From assembly GCF_009914755.1 (NCBI RefSeq), contig NC_060929.1: 64,000 nucleotides of DNA; one strand, given 5' to 3'. A program made the position numbers and the translations under genes. The notes under the pieces are model-generated. The model was not told the DNA's origin. It made no database searches and was given only the letters and a program-made list of their open reading frames with translations. The stretch's first letter is position 1. Each line of letters opens with the position of its first letter. Source of the DNA: the human T2T-CHM13v2.0 reference genome, Homo sapiens. Of the stretch, positions 33,851-61,104 are shown piece after piece.

Positions 33851-35314
33851 GTGCAGCATGTAAACTGTACAGCCCTAAGTGGGAGCCCTACTGCTAATGC
33901 TTCCCCAAGCTACCTCGTGATTCGCTTAATCCTCCTTTGCCTGGATTAAGTCTCTTTTATAAACTTTCTTAACCCCATAAAACTCATCACAATTGGGATT
34001 AGGTATCTAGGGAGTTATTTATTTAAAATCTGCCCCCTACACTAGACTGTACTGCATCAAGGCAAAGACATATCCATCTTGTTCTAGGCTGTATCACTAG
34101 TGCTTAGTACGGTTCCTGCACCATAGCAGGTGCTCCACAAATGTTTTCTGGATATTTCAGGAGCTCATTCTGTACCAGGAAAGCTAGGACTCTTACTGAA
34201 ACAACTGTGGGCATAGGATGAGACAGGCACAGAGCTAAATGTGTGGTGCAGCCCCAGTGAGGGAGATGTCACTTCTGGCTGCGGGGATGCTCCGGAAGAG
34301 GTGGTGTTTTGGCTGGGTCTGACAGAACAGATGGAGTTCATTAGACTTAGATGGGTGGGGGAGTGTTCTTGGCATTGGGAATAGCAAAAGCAAAGGTGCA
34401 GAGGGAAAAAAGTTCAATGTGTTCCTAAGACAAGTCACAAATTGTGATCAGCAGAGTGGCCAAATATGTTTTGTGAATTACCTGCCAATATTTATTTTAA
34501 AATCAGGAGATTTCACATAAAGATCCAGATTTTCCAATTCTCTTGAAAAATCGAAAGGTCCCACCAGGTAGCAATAGACTGGCACTGAGAAGTGGCCGTT
34601 CGTTTTGAAGGTGTGGGCTTACTCCAGTTTGCCGCAGTCCTTACCTTTCCCAATTGCATCACACCCAGCTCTCTTCACTCATTACTGTCCCTTTCTGGCT
34701 TTGGAGATGGCCGACAGACTGTTTGATTGGCACACATGGGAGTTGTAAGGAAGATTGGTTCAGATCCTACAGACCCTTAAATGCCAGCTAATTAAGTAAC
34801 CTGGTAACTGCAGGGATTGCAGGGGTCTTCTCCAGTCCCATGGATCACTGTCCAAGTATCCCTTGGCAGAGCCATGCCTGACTTCAGAAGAAGGAACTTC
34901 AGGCCAAGAAGGCTAGTGAAGTTCTGGAAACCAAGGAAGCAGAGAGCTCTGCATGAGCCTTTCCTAGAGAGAAATCAGTCTCTGTCTCTCTTAGACCGAC
35001 CCCTCAGTCACAGCATGGTGCTGTGATTTTGCCAAGAGGCAGGGGTGGGTCTGGGGGAAGATGGACGGTGCTTCCAAAAGGCTAAATTTTAGTCTCAAAG
35101 GTTTCTGATTGCGGACACATAGGTGATATCTAACTTGCTTTTGTTTAGCCTTGAATATTTTCAAATATAATCTTCAATATTTCTGTTACAATATTGTAGC
35201 TTGCTTCTGTTTATAAAAATAATGCAGCATTTGAAAAAAAATTGGAGAACATAGAAAAATAAAGATGAAGATAATAATCTGTAGTAATCTTCCCACCCAG
35301 ATGTAACATGTTAA

Positions 35315-35670
<356 letters not shown>

Positions 35671-35689
35671 GTATTTATATATAAGTTGG

Positions 35690-36835
<1,146 letters not shown>

Positions 36836-37027
36836 ACATTGGAAGCATATTTCTTTTGCCCTTGATTTGCCCTTTTTCACTTAACATTATATGGTGAATC
36901 TTTGTGAGAATGTATTAATGCATTCCTTTTATAAAATTTTTACATAAAAAATTAAATTCAGAAAAGAAAAATACTATATATTGACACCATTTTTCCAAGT
37001 TATTAAATATGTTTTGAGAAAACATTT

Positions 37028-38065
<1,038 letters not shown>

Positions 38066-38519
38066 AAGTGATTTACTCAAAATCAAGTAGCTAGCAGCCC
38101 TCGGAAGGCAGGACTACACACCTCAGGCCTTGTGAATCTAGGTTAGTGGTGCGGGGGAGGGACAAGCCTGCTGCCCCTACCCCATTGCAGTTAGACAATG
38201 CCAGCTGTGCTTTAAGTTCTGAGAATCAAGATGGATTTAAACTGAATGAAGTTAATTTGGGTGGACTTCATGGAAGCAGCAGGTTTCATGTAGGATCGAG
38301 AAAAGGTTTGTCAAATTCATAGGTACATTAGGCACCCAACCCTACTGACTCCCGGGCTAATAATAATAACTGGCCTTTGTCGTGCGGCAAGCCCCTTACT
38401 AAGGCTTTGAATACTCCTTATGTTAGTTAATCCTCACACCCAACTGTATGAAGCACGGTTATTTTCACCGATTTAAAATGAAGAAACAGAAGTACAGAGA
38501 GGGAAAGTGACCATCTCAG

Positions 38520-39779
<1,260 letters not shown>

Positions 39780-39780
<1 letters not shown>

Positions 39781-40075
39781 TTCGTTTTTTTTTTTCTTTT
39801 TCTTTTTTGAGGCTCTGCCTCAAAAAAGTGGCGCGATCTCGGCTCACTGCAACCTCCCCCTCCGGGGCTTAGGCGATTCTCGTGCCTTAGCCACCTGAGT
39901 AGCTGGGACTACAGGCCTGCGCCACCACGCCCGGCTAATTTTTGTATTTTTAGCAGAGACGGGGTTTCACCATTTGTTGGCCAGGCTGGTCTTGAACATC
40001 TGACCTCAGGCGATCCACCCGCCTCCGCCGCCCAAAGTGCTGGGAATACAGGCGTGAGCCACCGCGCCCAGCCCT
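39780..40075 (-). mobile_element. Alu with retained CpGs
   Basis: Alu consensus, many CpGs intact. Confidence 0.9.
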
Positions 40076-40714
40076 GCTGGTCCCTTTCGAAGGAAACCTT
40101 CGCTGGCTCCCTAGTGCCCTGGAATAACACTGAAACCCCTTAGAACGGTGGAGAAGGCCTATCTCCATCTGCCCCAACATCATTCCCCAGTTTCGCCTTC
40201 TTCCCTCACCTTAAGGAAGTGCTTAGAGATGTTTAAAGCAGAGGTTCAGGAGTCTACCAGTTCCTAGCTATGTGACTTTAGGCCAGTTGCTGCTTATTGC
40301 TAAACCTTGATTTCCACATCCTTAAAATGGGGGTGGCAGCACACATTCCGCAGGACAGGCTGAGGATTAAGTGAGTCACTTAGCATAGTTCCTGGAACAC
40401 ACTCAACTCACCCTAAGTGCTTGTTATTATAATTCTCAGCCCACATTTGGCTACCACCTCCTACTTCCTCAAGCTTGTCATTGTCTTTCCCTACATTGTG
40501 CCTCCATGCATACCTGGAAAGCCCTTCCTCTTCTCTTCCCCACCCTGTAGGTTCTTACACACCCTTTAAAGCCCAAATCAAAGGCCATTGCCTGTGAAGA
40601 CTTCTACCCTTCCTGCCAACAGGGTAAAGAGTTCTTCGTCCTCTATCTGCTCATCATCACCTAGGGACCACACTCAGCATCACACATGGTGGACAGCTGG
40701 CCTTAAGTGCCTCC

Positions 40715-41550
<836 letters not shown>

Positions 41551-41557
41551 TTTCTCG

Positions 41558-44380
<2,823 letters not shown>

Positions 44381-44714
44381 TCATTGAAAGAATGAAGACT
44401 GCATTGCTAGAGTGCATGGTTCATTAGTAAACTTATTCTTAGGAATCTCTGAATGCAAAATGATAATGGGAAATGTTTTTCCAGCCCTTACTGTGTCCCA
44501 AGCTTGGTGCAAAGCCCTTCATATGCATTGTCTCATGTAATCCTTACAGTGATCCTATAAGGTAAAGAAAATACTAGTCTCATTTTACCCCTGAGAAAAC
44601 AGGTACACAGAGAGGTGAAGGAGCTTGCCCCTGCATTATTCCATTAGTAATGGCAGAAGAAGCAGTTGGTTCTCACCCTCACACTCCATTGGCTTGTACC
44701 TTTCTTGTATCATC

Positions 44715-45327
44715 TGTAAATCAAAGAAAATGACCAAGGCAGGTATCAATCATTTTAGGAAGAGGTTTACTTGCCAAAGTTAAGGACGCAAGCCTGAGAG
44801 AAGGATCTATGCCTTTCTCCAAAGATGATTTTGAGGGCTTCAATATTTAAAAAGAGAAAGTGTGGATATTGGGGGAATGCACAATTTTCATGTGAGAGGG
44901 GTGTAGAGGAAATCGTCCTTCATTCCTTGACTGGATCAGTGAATCTGCATTTTTACATAAGATAATGTAAACAACAGGGCAAAGGAAGCAATCTGATACG
45001 CATTTGTTTCAGAGGAGCAGAGAGTTGACTTTGAGTTCTGTCCTATGTCATGCACCTGTGATGATAAGCTGTCAATTTACATTGCCAGGGTGAAATTCAA
45101 CAGAATTGTTTTAGGGTAAAGATCTTGGGGCCCGCCAGGAATTTCCTTGTGGGCAGACTGTGAGGGAGGTATGTAGCTTTTTATCTTTTTTTTTTTTTTT
45201 TCTTCTCTTTGTAGCCATCTTATTTATGAACCAAATGGGGAGGCAGGTTTGCATGACCCAGTTCCTAGCTTGACTTTTCCCTTTGGCTTAGAGAGTTTGG
45301 GATTCCAAGATTTATTTTCCTTTCACA
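44715..45327 (-). mobile_element. MER4A-like ERV1 solo LTR
   Basis: Reverse complement begins tgtgaaaggaaaataaatcttgg...gggaaaagtcaagctaggaactg; TG...CA ends; 4-bp TSD catc (44711-44714 / 45328-45331). Confidence 0.85.
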
Positions 45328-45404
45328 CATCCTGTCAGCATAAGGAATTATGTGCGTGTACCTGTCTTAGCACCTGTGTCTACTAGACTAGGAGCCCTTC
45401 AAAA

Positions 45405-46715
<1,311 letters not shown>

Positions 46716-47259
46716 AGAAAAGGAAATATCTAATTCACCAATGAATCTGCCAAGCTAGTTAAATAAATAAAACTAGTGAATGAATAGCTGTTTCCCTTGC
46801 AGTTGACAAAAATATGCCCTAGTTCCAAAGTCTAAAATGAATTCCCTTGACTGTCTCAGGGGCATGCTTGCGCCTAGCTCTCGGGAACCCATTAGTGTAC
46901 TAATAAGAAACCTGATAATTCAGTCAATAATTCCTGAGGTTGTCAGTGCCACTCCGGAAGAAGAGAGAAATGCACAGACCATTTCTTCCGATACAAGCTG
47001 TGGGATTGCAGAGCGAGGGGCCGCCAGGATGTTCTGCCTGGAAAAGGGCCCCTGGAGATCTCACTGTGGTCTGTTCCCACTTGGCTAATCTTGAGTCATT
47101 TATGTGGGCTTATCTGACTATTCCTGTTTTTCCCCTCACCCTGGACATTCAGAAGGACTGTTGTAGTTAAAGCTCCAGAATAAAGTAACTCCTGAGGTTC
47201 TGTGGGAATAATTTCACTGTGAAGGACACAAACACTTCAATGGATGTCAATCACATGTC

Positions 47260-47555
47260 AGGGAAGGAGTGCTTGTTTAAAATAAAGATTCTTGGGCCCC
47301 ATTCCTGGAGATTCAAATTTTGTAAGACTAGGATAAGGCCATGGGCTCTGCATTTTAAATAAAGCATTAGGCCAGGTGTGGTGGCTCATGCCTGTAATTC
47401 CAGCACTTTGAGAGGATGGCTTGAAGCCAGCAGTTCAAGACCAGCATGGGCAACATAGCAAGACCCCTCTTTCTACAAAAAAAAAAAATTTAAATAATTA
47501 AAACATAAATAAATAAAGCACCTGAAGTGTTCCTGAAACGGGACTACTGGCCATG
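47260..47555. mobile_element. MER5A-like element with Alu monomer insertion
   Basis: 'agattcttgggccccattcctggagattc...tctgcattttaaataaagca'. Confidence 0.6.
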
Positions 47556-48052
47556 TGAGAGACACCGACCTAACTAAAGAATAGACAGGGGAAATTGAAC
47601 ATGTACATTATCTCAGGCATAAAAATGGGTTTGCTTAGGGATCTTAGAGACCATTGAATTGAGTAGTTTTCGTACTGTGTCCACAGGAACTCCTTAGGGC
47701 TCCATGGAACACCTGGAGGGGACTGTTGAGTGGTGGAGGGACCGAGGTACAAATGGGTCTACCCCAGCACATGCCCCTTCAACAGCTCCATTTTAATCCA
47801 TTTTCTATACTGGAGATTGAGTTCTATTGCTTAAAAACCACTAAGCCTGCCCTGTCCCTCCTATGCAAGTGGAGAAACTGAGGCCCGGAGAGGAAAACAG
47901 GTTTTCCCAAGGCGATGGCAGAACCAGAACTGATTCCAGGACTCTTATTCCCATCCAGAACCCTTCCCATTAGGGAATTCCAGTTTTTGATACATCCATT
48001 CATTTTTGGGTGGCTTTTCCTCTCTGCCTCCAGCAAATCTCACATAAGACAG

Positions 48053-49190
<1,138 letters not shown>

Positions 49191-49354
49191 TAAAACAGGT
49201 CTTTTGGCAGACAGCTAAGTAACGCCCCATTGCCCTCTGGGAATCCCTCCAGATCCTATCACTTCGTTTGTCTGACAGAATTGATGTTTACTTGGTCTCA
49301 ATGTGACATTGCTTTTGTCACCTGACCTGCAGAGAGGTTTGCATTTTACAGTGG

Positions 49355-50150
<796 letters not shown>

Positions 50151-50228
50151 TGGTTCATTCCCTCTCACCTGCATTCTGGCCAGGTTGGCCCCAGGAGATG
50201 TTTAGTGGAGCCCAGCACCTATCACTAG

Positions 50229-51900
<1,672 letters not shown>

Positions 51901-52090
51901 AAAATTTTTTTAAATAAATAAATATTCATTCAACAAGCATTGATTGAGTGCCAGCTATATGCTAGGTACCATTTCAAGCACTGGGGATACAACAGTGAAC
52001 AACACTAGGGGCAATGTATACCCCCAGGGAGCTGGTGGTCTTGTCAGAGAGGCACACATTAAGCAAATGGTTGCATGTGCAATTATTTAA

Positions 52091-52161
52091 CCCATTTCCC
52101 ATTTACCCCCAGAAATGAACACTGGCAACAAGCTGCACTTTTTTTCTAAATGAGAAATGGG
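52091..52161. mobile_element. MER75A piggyBac MITE
   Basis: TTAA|cccatttcccattt...aaatgagaaatggg|TTAA: terminal inverted repeats and TTAA TSDs at 52087-52090 and 52162-52165. Confidence 0.85.
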
Positions 52162-52256
52162 TTAATTACAAGTACGATAAGCACTGAGAAGGAAAAGTTC
52201 GTGGTGTTAATGGGAGTGTGCAAATGGGTATCCTAAGTCCGTTGACTGTGAGACTA

Positions 52257-54712
<2,456 letters not shown>

Positions 54713-55541
54713 CAAAAAACTTAACCTAAAGTAATCAGAAACAGAAGTAGCCAATAAAGTAGGGACTTGTCTATAAGGTAAACAAACAAAAAAAGAGGCA
54801 ATTTTATAACTGCGACAAACCAGATAATTTTTAAATTTTGCTCCTGCATTTTCCCAGTAAATACTTGCCTCTGACACTTTGTCATTGAAAAAAAGAAATA
54901 AATCTCTCTATTTCACACCATCCCCCCACATTTATGGTCCCAAAATCAAAAGTACCATAATTTATTCATTTTGGTTGTTTTCAGTTCTTCCAACTTAAAA
55001 AAATGCTTTTGTCTGTCTCTTAATGGCTAGAGTTTCTCTTGTGTATATATCCAGTCATAGAGTTTTTGGATCATGGAGTATTCCCAAATTGCTCTCAAAA
55101 GTTGTAGGGCCTGGGAGCAGTGACTCGAGCCTGCAATCCCAGCACTTTGGGAGGCTGAGGTGGGAGGCCAGGAGTTTGAGAATAGCCTTGGCAATACAGC
55201 CAGACCCTATCTCTAAAAAAAAATGTTTTAATGTAAAATAAATAAAATATCATTAAGAACTCATGGATTTAAATACGTTTGATATTTTTCAACCCCTTGC
55301 AGTTATTTTCTTTACTGATACTCAAGGAGTCCTGACTGTGACCAATGGGAGTCTCTTTGACACAACTCTATCTTCATTGATTTGTGACACTAGAAAATAG
55401 TCTAAGTACATATTGTACATTTTCTGCCTCAAAGCTGGAATTGGCTACTTATTTTTTCAAAGACATCTTGGTTCCTTTTAGTGGAAAATAGTATTTAGAG
55501 ACCACAGTCTGGGCACTATAAGTGCTCACTATTTGCTAAAG

Positions 55542-57567
55542 CAGCAGTCCTTAACCTTTTTGGCACCAGGGACCAGTTTTGTGGAAGACAATTTTTCCAC
55601 AGCTGGGGTGGGGGGGCATGGTTTCAGGATGATTCAAGCACATTACATTTATTGTGCACTTTATTTCTATTATTATTATATTGTAATATGTTCAATTTTC
55701 TGCAACTAGACGGTCCCATTTGGGGGTGATGGGAGATAGTGACACCCAAAGTGGGTTGCTTATGTCCAGTCTACTCCGTAATCTTGTTTTGGTTGCTGAC
55801 ACTGCAGAAAACCCTGCTTCACAAGGATATGCTGTTGGAAACAGAAGGAAGCAGGCTTTTCAGTGCTTTTGTGGCAGTCTCAGGATATTCTGCCTTGACT
55901 TTAATCCAGAACGTATGGAGATTTGAAGTCCCAAACATACTTTTAAGGCCACCGTCATTTGCCCTCTCAAGCAGTTGATCCGCTTCTAGCATGGACAATG
56001 TCAAGTCACTTGGCTTATTCACAAATGGGTCGCGGATCCATTCCTTCCCAGTTCGGGGGTCTTTTGTGGTTGAAAAGTAATGCTCAAACTCTTTTGAAAG
56101 CTGAGATAGGTGATCATGCACCAGCTGAGAGAAAGAAGGCACTGGCTCAGTCTCTTTCTTTCAAAAATCTCTGCTAATGCTTGAAACCTATCAGAAATCC
56201 CAATGCTCACTCGTCGCCCCCATAATTCCAGTTCGGCTTTGAATGCAGCCACTTTATCTGCCAACTTGAACATAGTGGTCGTTGTCCCCTGAAGTGACAG
56301 ATTGAGTTCATTGAGCAGGTTGAATATGTCACACGAGTTTTGCAACCCATTCTGTGTCACTGACATATGCTGCCAGTGGTGACTATTTTTCTAAAAGAAA
56401 TCTCTTGTAACTCAGAAACTCTGGCCAGTGATCTACCTTTAGAAAGCCATTTCACATCTGTGTATAAGAGAAGACATGTGTGCTCTGTGTCCATTTCCTC
56501 ACAGAGCTGCACAAACAGATGTGAGTTAAGGGCATGTACTATAATGTGGCTGATCATTTTAATTACGTTCTGCAAAATGTTTTTTTTTGTTGTTGTTGTT
56601 TTGAGACAGAGTTTCATTCTTGTTGCCCAGGCTGGAGTGCAATGGTGATCTCGGCTCACCACAACTTCCACCTCCTGGGTTCAAGCGATTCTCCTGCCTC
56701 AGCCTCCTGAGTAGCTGGGATTATAGGCATGCACCACCACACCCAGCTAATTTTGTATTTTTAATAGAGACGGGGCTTCCCCATGTTGGCCAGGCTGGTC
56801 TCGAACTTCCGACCTCTGGAGATCCACCCACCTCAGCCTCCCAAAGTGCTGTGATTACAGGTGTGAACCACTGCGCCTGGCCTACAATGTTGTTAAGTTC
56901 AGGTGACATTTCAGCATTTCTCTATGGATAAAACAAGCATTGTTGCCTTGTTGTCAACATTGGTAGACTCGTCAACCTGGATTGCGTACCACGGTGACTC
57001 ATTAATCCTCTGTAACAATTGTGTCTCAATATCCTCTGCCAGTTCATCAATTTGTCCAGTTGTGGTGCTAGCCAAAAGAGGAACACGTGTCACCTTTTGA
57101 ACTGCAGCCTCTCCCAAAAGTTCATGACAAATGTCCTTAGCAGCAGGCAGAATCAACTCTTCACCAATAGTAAAGGCTTCTTAGCTTTAGCAATGCAGTT
57201 AGCCACTAAGAATGATGCTCTCAGTGCAGACACATTTGATGAAGTGGTGGCCTTCAATAATTGCTTCTGCTCTTCATGTTCACATTCTTTTCTTTTGAAA
57301 ACTCCAAAAGCTTGTCTTTTGATGCAGGGTGCTTGGCCTCCATGTGGTGAAGCAGTTTTGAAGGTTTCATGGCTTCATTGGATAGCCAGTCGCCACATAT
57401 TATACAAAGCAGGCTTGGAGAATGTGAATCACGTGTTGCAATGAACCCATAATTTAAGTAGGACTCTTGGTATTTTCTTTTAAGTGCAGCTTTCTTTTTG
57501 TGGCAGTCTGAGTCTTCTGCTCTGTCATCATTGGTTCTTTCCGGCTTTTCAAAGAAGCTCTCCAGTG

Positions 57568-57601
<34 letters not shown>

Positions 57602-58193
57602 CATTTTGGCTAGAGTTAGCTTGTGGGCTCACCAAAACTGTGACCAAGGCGAGTGTGCAGTGTGGGAAAGAGGCGCAGATGGAAGCAGTAAATAAAATAA
57701 TGAGCGGGCCACGTATGGACTAAAATAAGTGTCAGATGCTGACCTAAAGCCTGCCACCAGATGCAGCTTAATTGTCACTTGCTACTCACTGATAGGGTTT
57801 TGATATGAGTCTGCAAGCAACTGATTTATTATGGTCTCTGTGCAATCAAACCTCTCTGCTAATGTTAATCTGTATTTGCAGCCGCTCCCCAGTGCTAGCA
57901 TCGTCACCTCAATTCTACCCCAGATCATCAGGCATTAGGTTCTCATAAGGAGTGCACAACCTAGATCCCTGCCATATGCAGTTCACAATAGGGTTCAGGC
58001 TTCTATGAGAATCTAATGCTGCCGTTGATCTGACAGGAGGTGGAGCTCAGGGGGTAATGCAAGTGATGGGGAGCCGCTGTAAATACAGACAAGGCTTTGG
58101 TGGCTGCCCGCCGCTCACCTCCTGCTGTGGGGCCCAGTTTCTAACAGGCCACAGACTGGTACCAGTCCATGGCCTGCGAGTTGGGGACCTCTG
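55542..58193 (-). mobile_element. Near-complete Charlie3 (MER1-family hAT) transposon with decayed transposase; Alu at ~56580-56882
   Basis: MER1-type TIRs; transposase fragments on - (KYQESYLNYGF, CIICGDWLSNEAMKPSKL, WYAIQVDESTNV, KALKSLLP); TSD tgctaaag (55534-55541) / cactaaag (58194-58201). Confidence 0.88.
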
Positions 58194-58302
58194 CACTAAA
58201 GGATTGGTCATTGTTTCTAGACCTGAAAACAGTAAACAGAGCTAGGGAATTCACTTAGTTTATTTGTTTTCAGATCGGCTAAATAAAAAATTCATACTGA
58301 GA

Positions 58303-59410
<1,108 letters not shown>

Positions 59411-59739
59411 GTAGTGTGGTACACTCTTAAAATCATAGTTCCTGCTGTCTGGGAGTTTACATATGTCTACAGAGTGGAAGAAGCATGAGATTATAGCAGT
59501 GTAGGCTACCAGAATGATTGTTGGGTTGGTAACCCAAGTATGCTGGTCACCCCAAAGCTTCAGTTTCCTTGTCTTCTACATGAGGATAAAGAAAGGAAGG
59601 AGGAATTTACAAGAGGGAATCTTGGGCAAGTTGAATCATCTTTCTGAATTCTTGAATTACCTTCCAGGAATAAATAAGGAATAGATAAAATTCCTTATCT
59701 ATTAAGAGGGGGTACAGGGATTGGACTATATTGTAGTGA

Positions 59740-60140
59740 CAGCAGCTTTCTTTCTGTTCTCCAAACGTACCTGCTTCGGGGACCTTATACTTGGGGTTGG
59801 TTCTCTGTGCATTGAACACTCTTGCTCCAGCTCTTCCAATGTCTCGTTCCTTGTCATCATTCATGTCTCAGCTTTAATATCACCTCCCTAGGGAGGGCCT
59901 CCTGACCACATCATTGAAAATATCCATCCTCCATTACTTTATCATATCAACCTATTTCATTTTTGTGGAACTATTACTTATCTAATTGGCTTGTTTATAT
60001 CTAGATCCCCTCTCTCCAGAATGTAAACTCAATAAAAGTAAGGTTCTTGACTTTCTTGTTCATTGATATGTCCCTAGGAACTAAAACAGAGCCTGACACA
60101 TAATAGCTGCTGAATAATAATGCCTTTTGAATAATGAATG
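59740..60140. mobile_element. L2 3' fragment
   Basis: 'gtctcagctttaatatcacctccctagggagg...agaatgtaaactc...agagcctgacacataatag'. Confidence 0.7.
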
Positions 60141-60559
60141 CCTGATAAATGACTGGATGAGCTATATAATGTCCAAAGTCTCTTTCAGCTTTAAACCCAA
60201 GATTATATACTCATTATAGTGAGTAGAGGATCACTAGCATGACTATACCATGCTACAGATGTGGAAACTGAGGCAGTGAGTGACTTGCCAAAGGCTTTGC
60301 AAACAGGAAAGTGGTGTAGTCCAACAGAACCGTATGGGAAGTCAAAAGCAGGAGACTCGGGTTTGGATCCTCACACCATCCCTCTCTGTCGACCTTCCTT
60401 GCAAGGGCTGTGTGAACTGGACAAGCCACTTCACCCCTCCAAGGACTCAGTTGTTCCACTGAAAAGAGAAGATGTACTAATAACTCTGCCCCAGGGTCAC
60501 TGTGAGATCATGTAGTCTGAACCGCACTAAGCACTTTGCAGAGTGTTTTGCTCTTCCTT

Positions 60560-60899
60560 TAGCCCCAGCTTGTTTTCCAGGGTGGAGAGTGGAGGTGAGG
60601 AAGGAAGCCCAGGACCAGGGCTGTGGAGGAGGGGAGACTCAGCGGGTTGCCACCATTTGTTTACTCACCTGAGTCTCTCTGCCTCTAGCCTAGCTGTGCT
60701 CCCCGCTAAGGTAAAGAGGTGGGGTAGCCTTGCTCGGCCAATGAGCTGCCGTCGCTCTCTTAAAGGCACCCAGCGTCTGGAAGGAAAACTAGCCTGGCAA
60801 CCTGGAGAGCTCCCGGGCCAGAGCCAGGAGGCAGCTGTGCGATCTGGATGTACCTAAACCCTCCAGGGCCACATAGTGACCCCAGGCCCTGGTCACTCC
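60560..60899 (+). promoter_or_regulatory. LARP1: Promoter / 5' UTR and candidate splice acceptors for the alternative LARP1 coding exon
   Basis: CCAAT 60738-60742; acceptor-like ttgttttccAG (60579-60580) and branch-like TACTCAC (60662-60668) followed by tctctctgcctctAG (60687-60688). Confidence 0.5.
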
Positions 60900-61104
60900 A
60901 TGCTTTGGAGGGTGCTTTTGTCAAAGAGGCCTCCTTTCCCTCACCCAGAGCTGGATTTCCAAGAGGCTCCCATACCTAGCTGCCCTGGCAGACTCCCAGG
61001 GAGGAAAAACAGCGTGGCCTTGGCAGCTGCCCCGAGGAAGGAGCCCACAGGTGACAGGGAGAAGCCATTGCCATTCCCTGTCCTGGCCCCCTTCAGCAAC
61101 CCTG
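60900..61104 (+). CDS. LARP1: First coding exon of the LARP1 isoform with the MLWRVLLSK N-terminus (68 codons plus phase-1 donor)
   Basis: ATG 60900; translates MLWRVLLSKRPPFPHPELDFQEAPIPSCPGRLPGRKNSVALAAAPRKEPTGDREKPLPFPVLAPFSNP, as recalled for LARP1 (continues EHSAPAK); donor CTG|GTGAGT at 61104/61105. Confidence 0.9.

Noticed and set aside
46860-46880. p53-like site GGGCATGCTT
   Set aside because: Only one good half-site; the second is too degenerate
55819-57604. Possible domesticated transposase gene (ZBED5/SCAND3-like)
   Set aside because: Split over several frames with stops, a deletion and an Alu; TIRs and TSD show a transposon fossil
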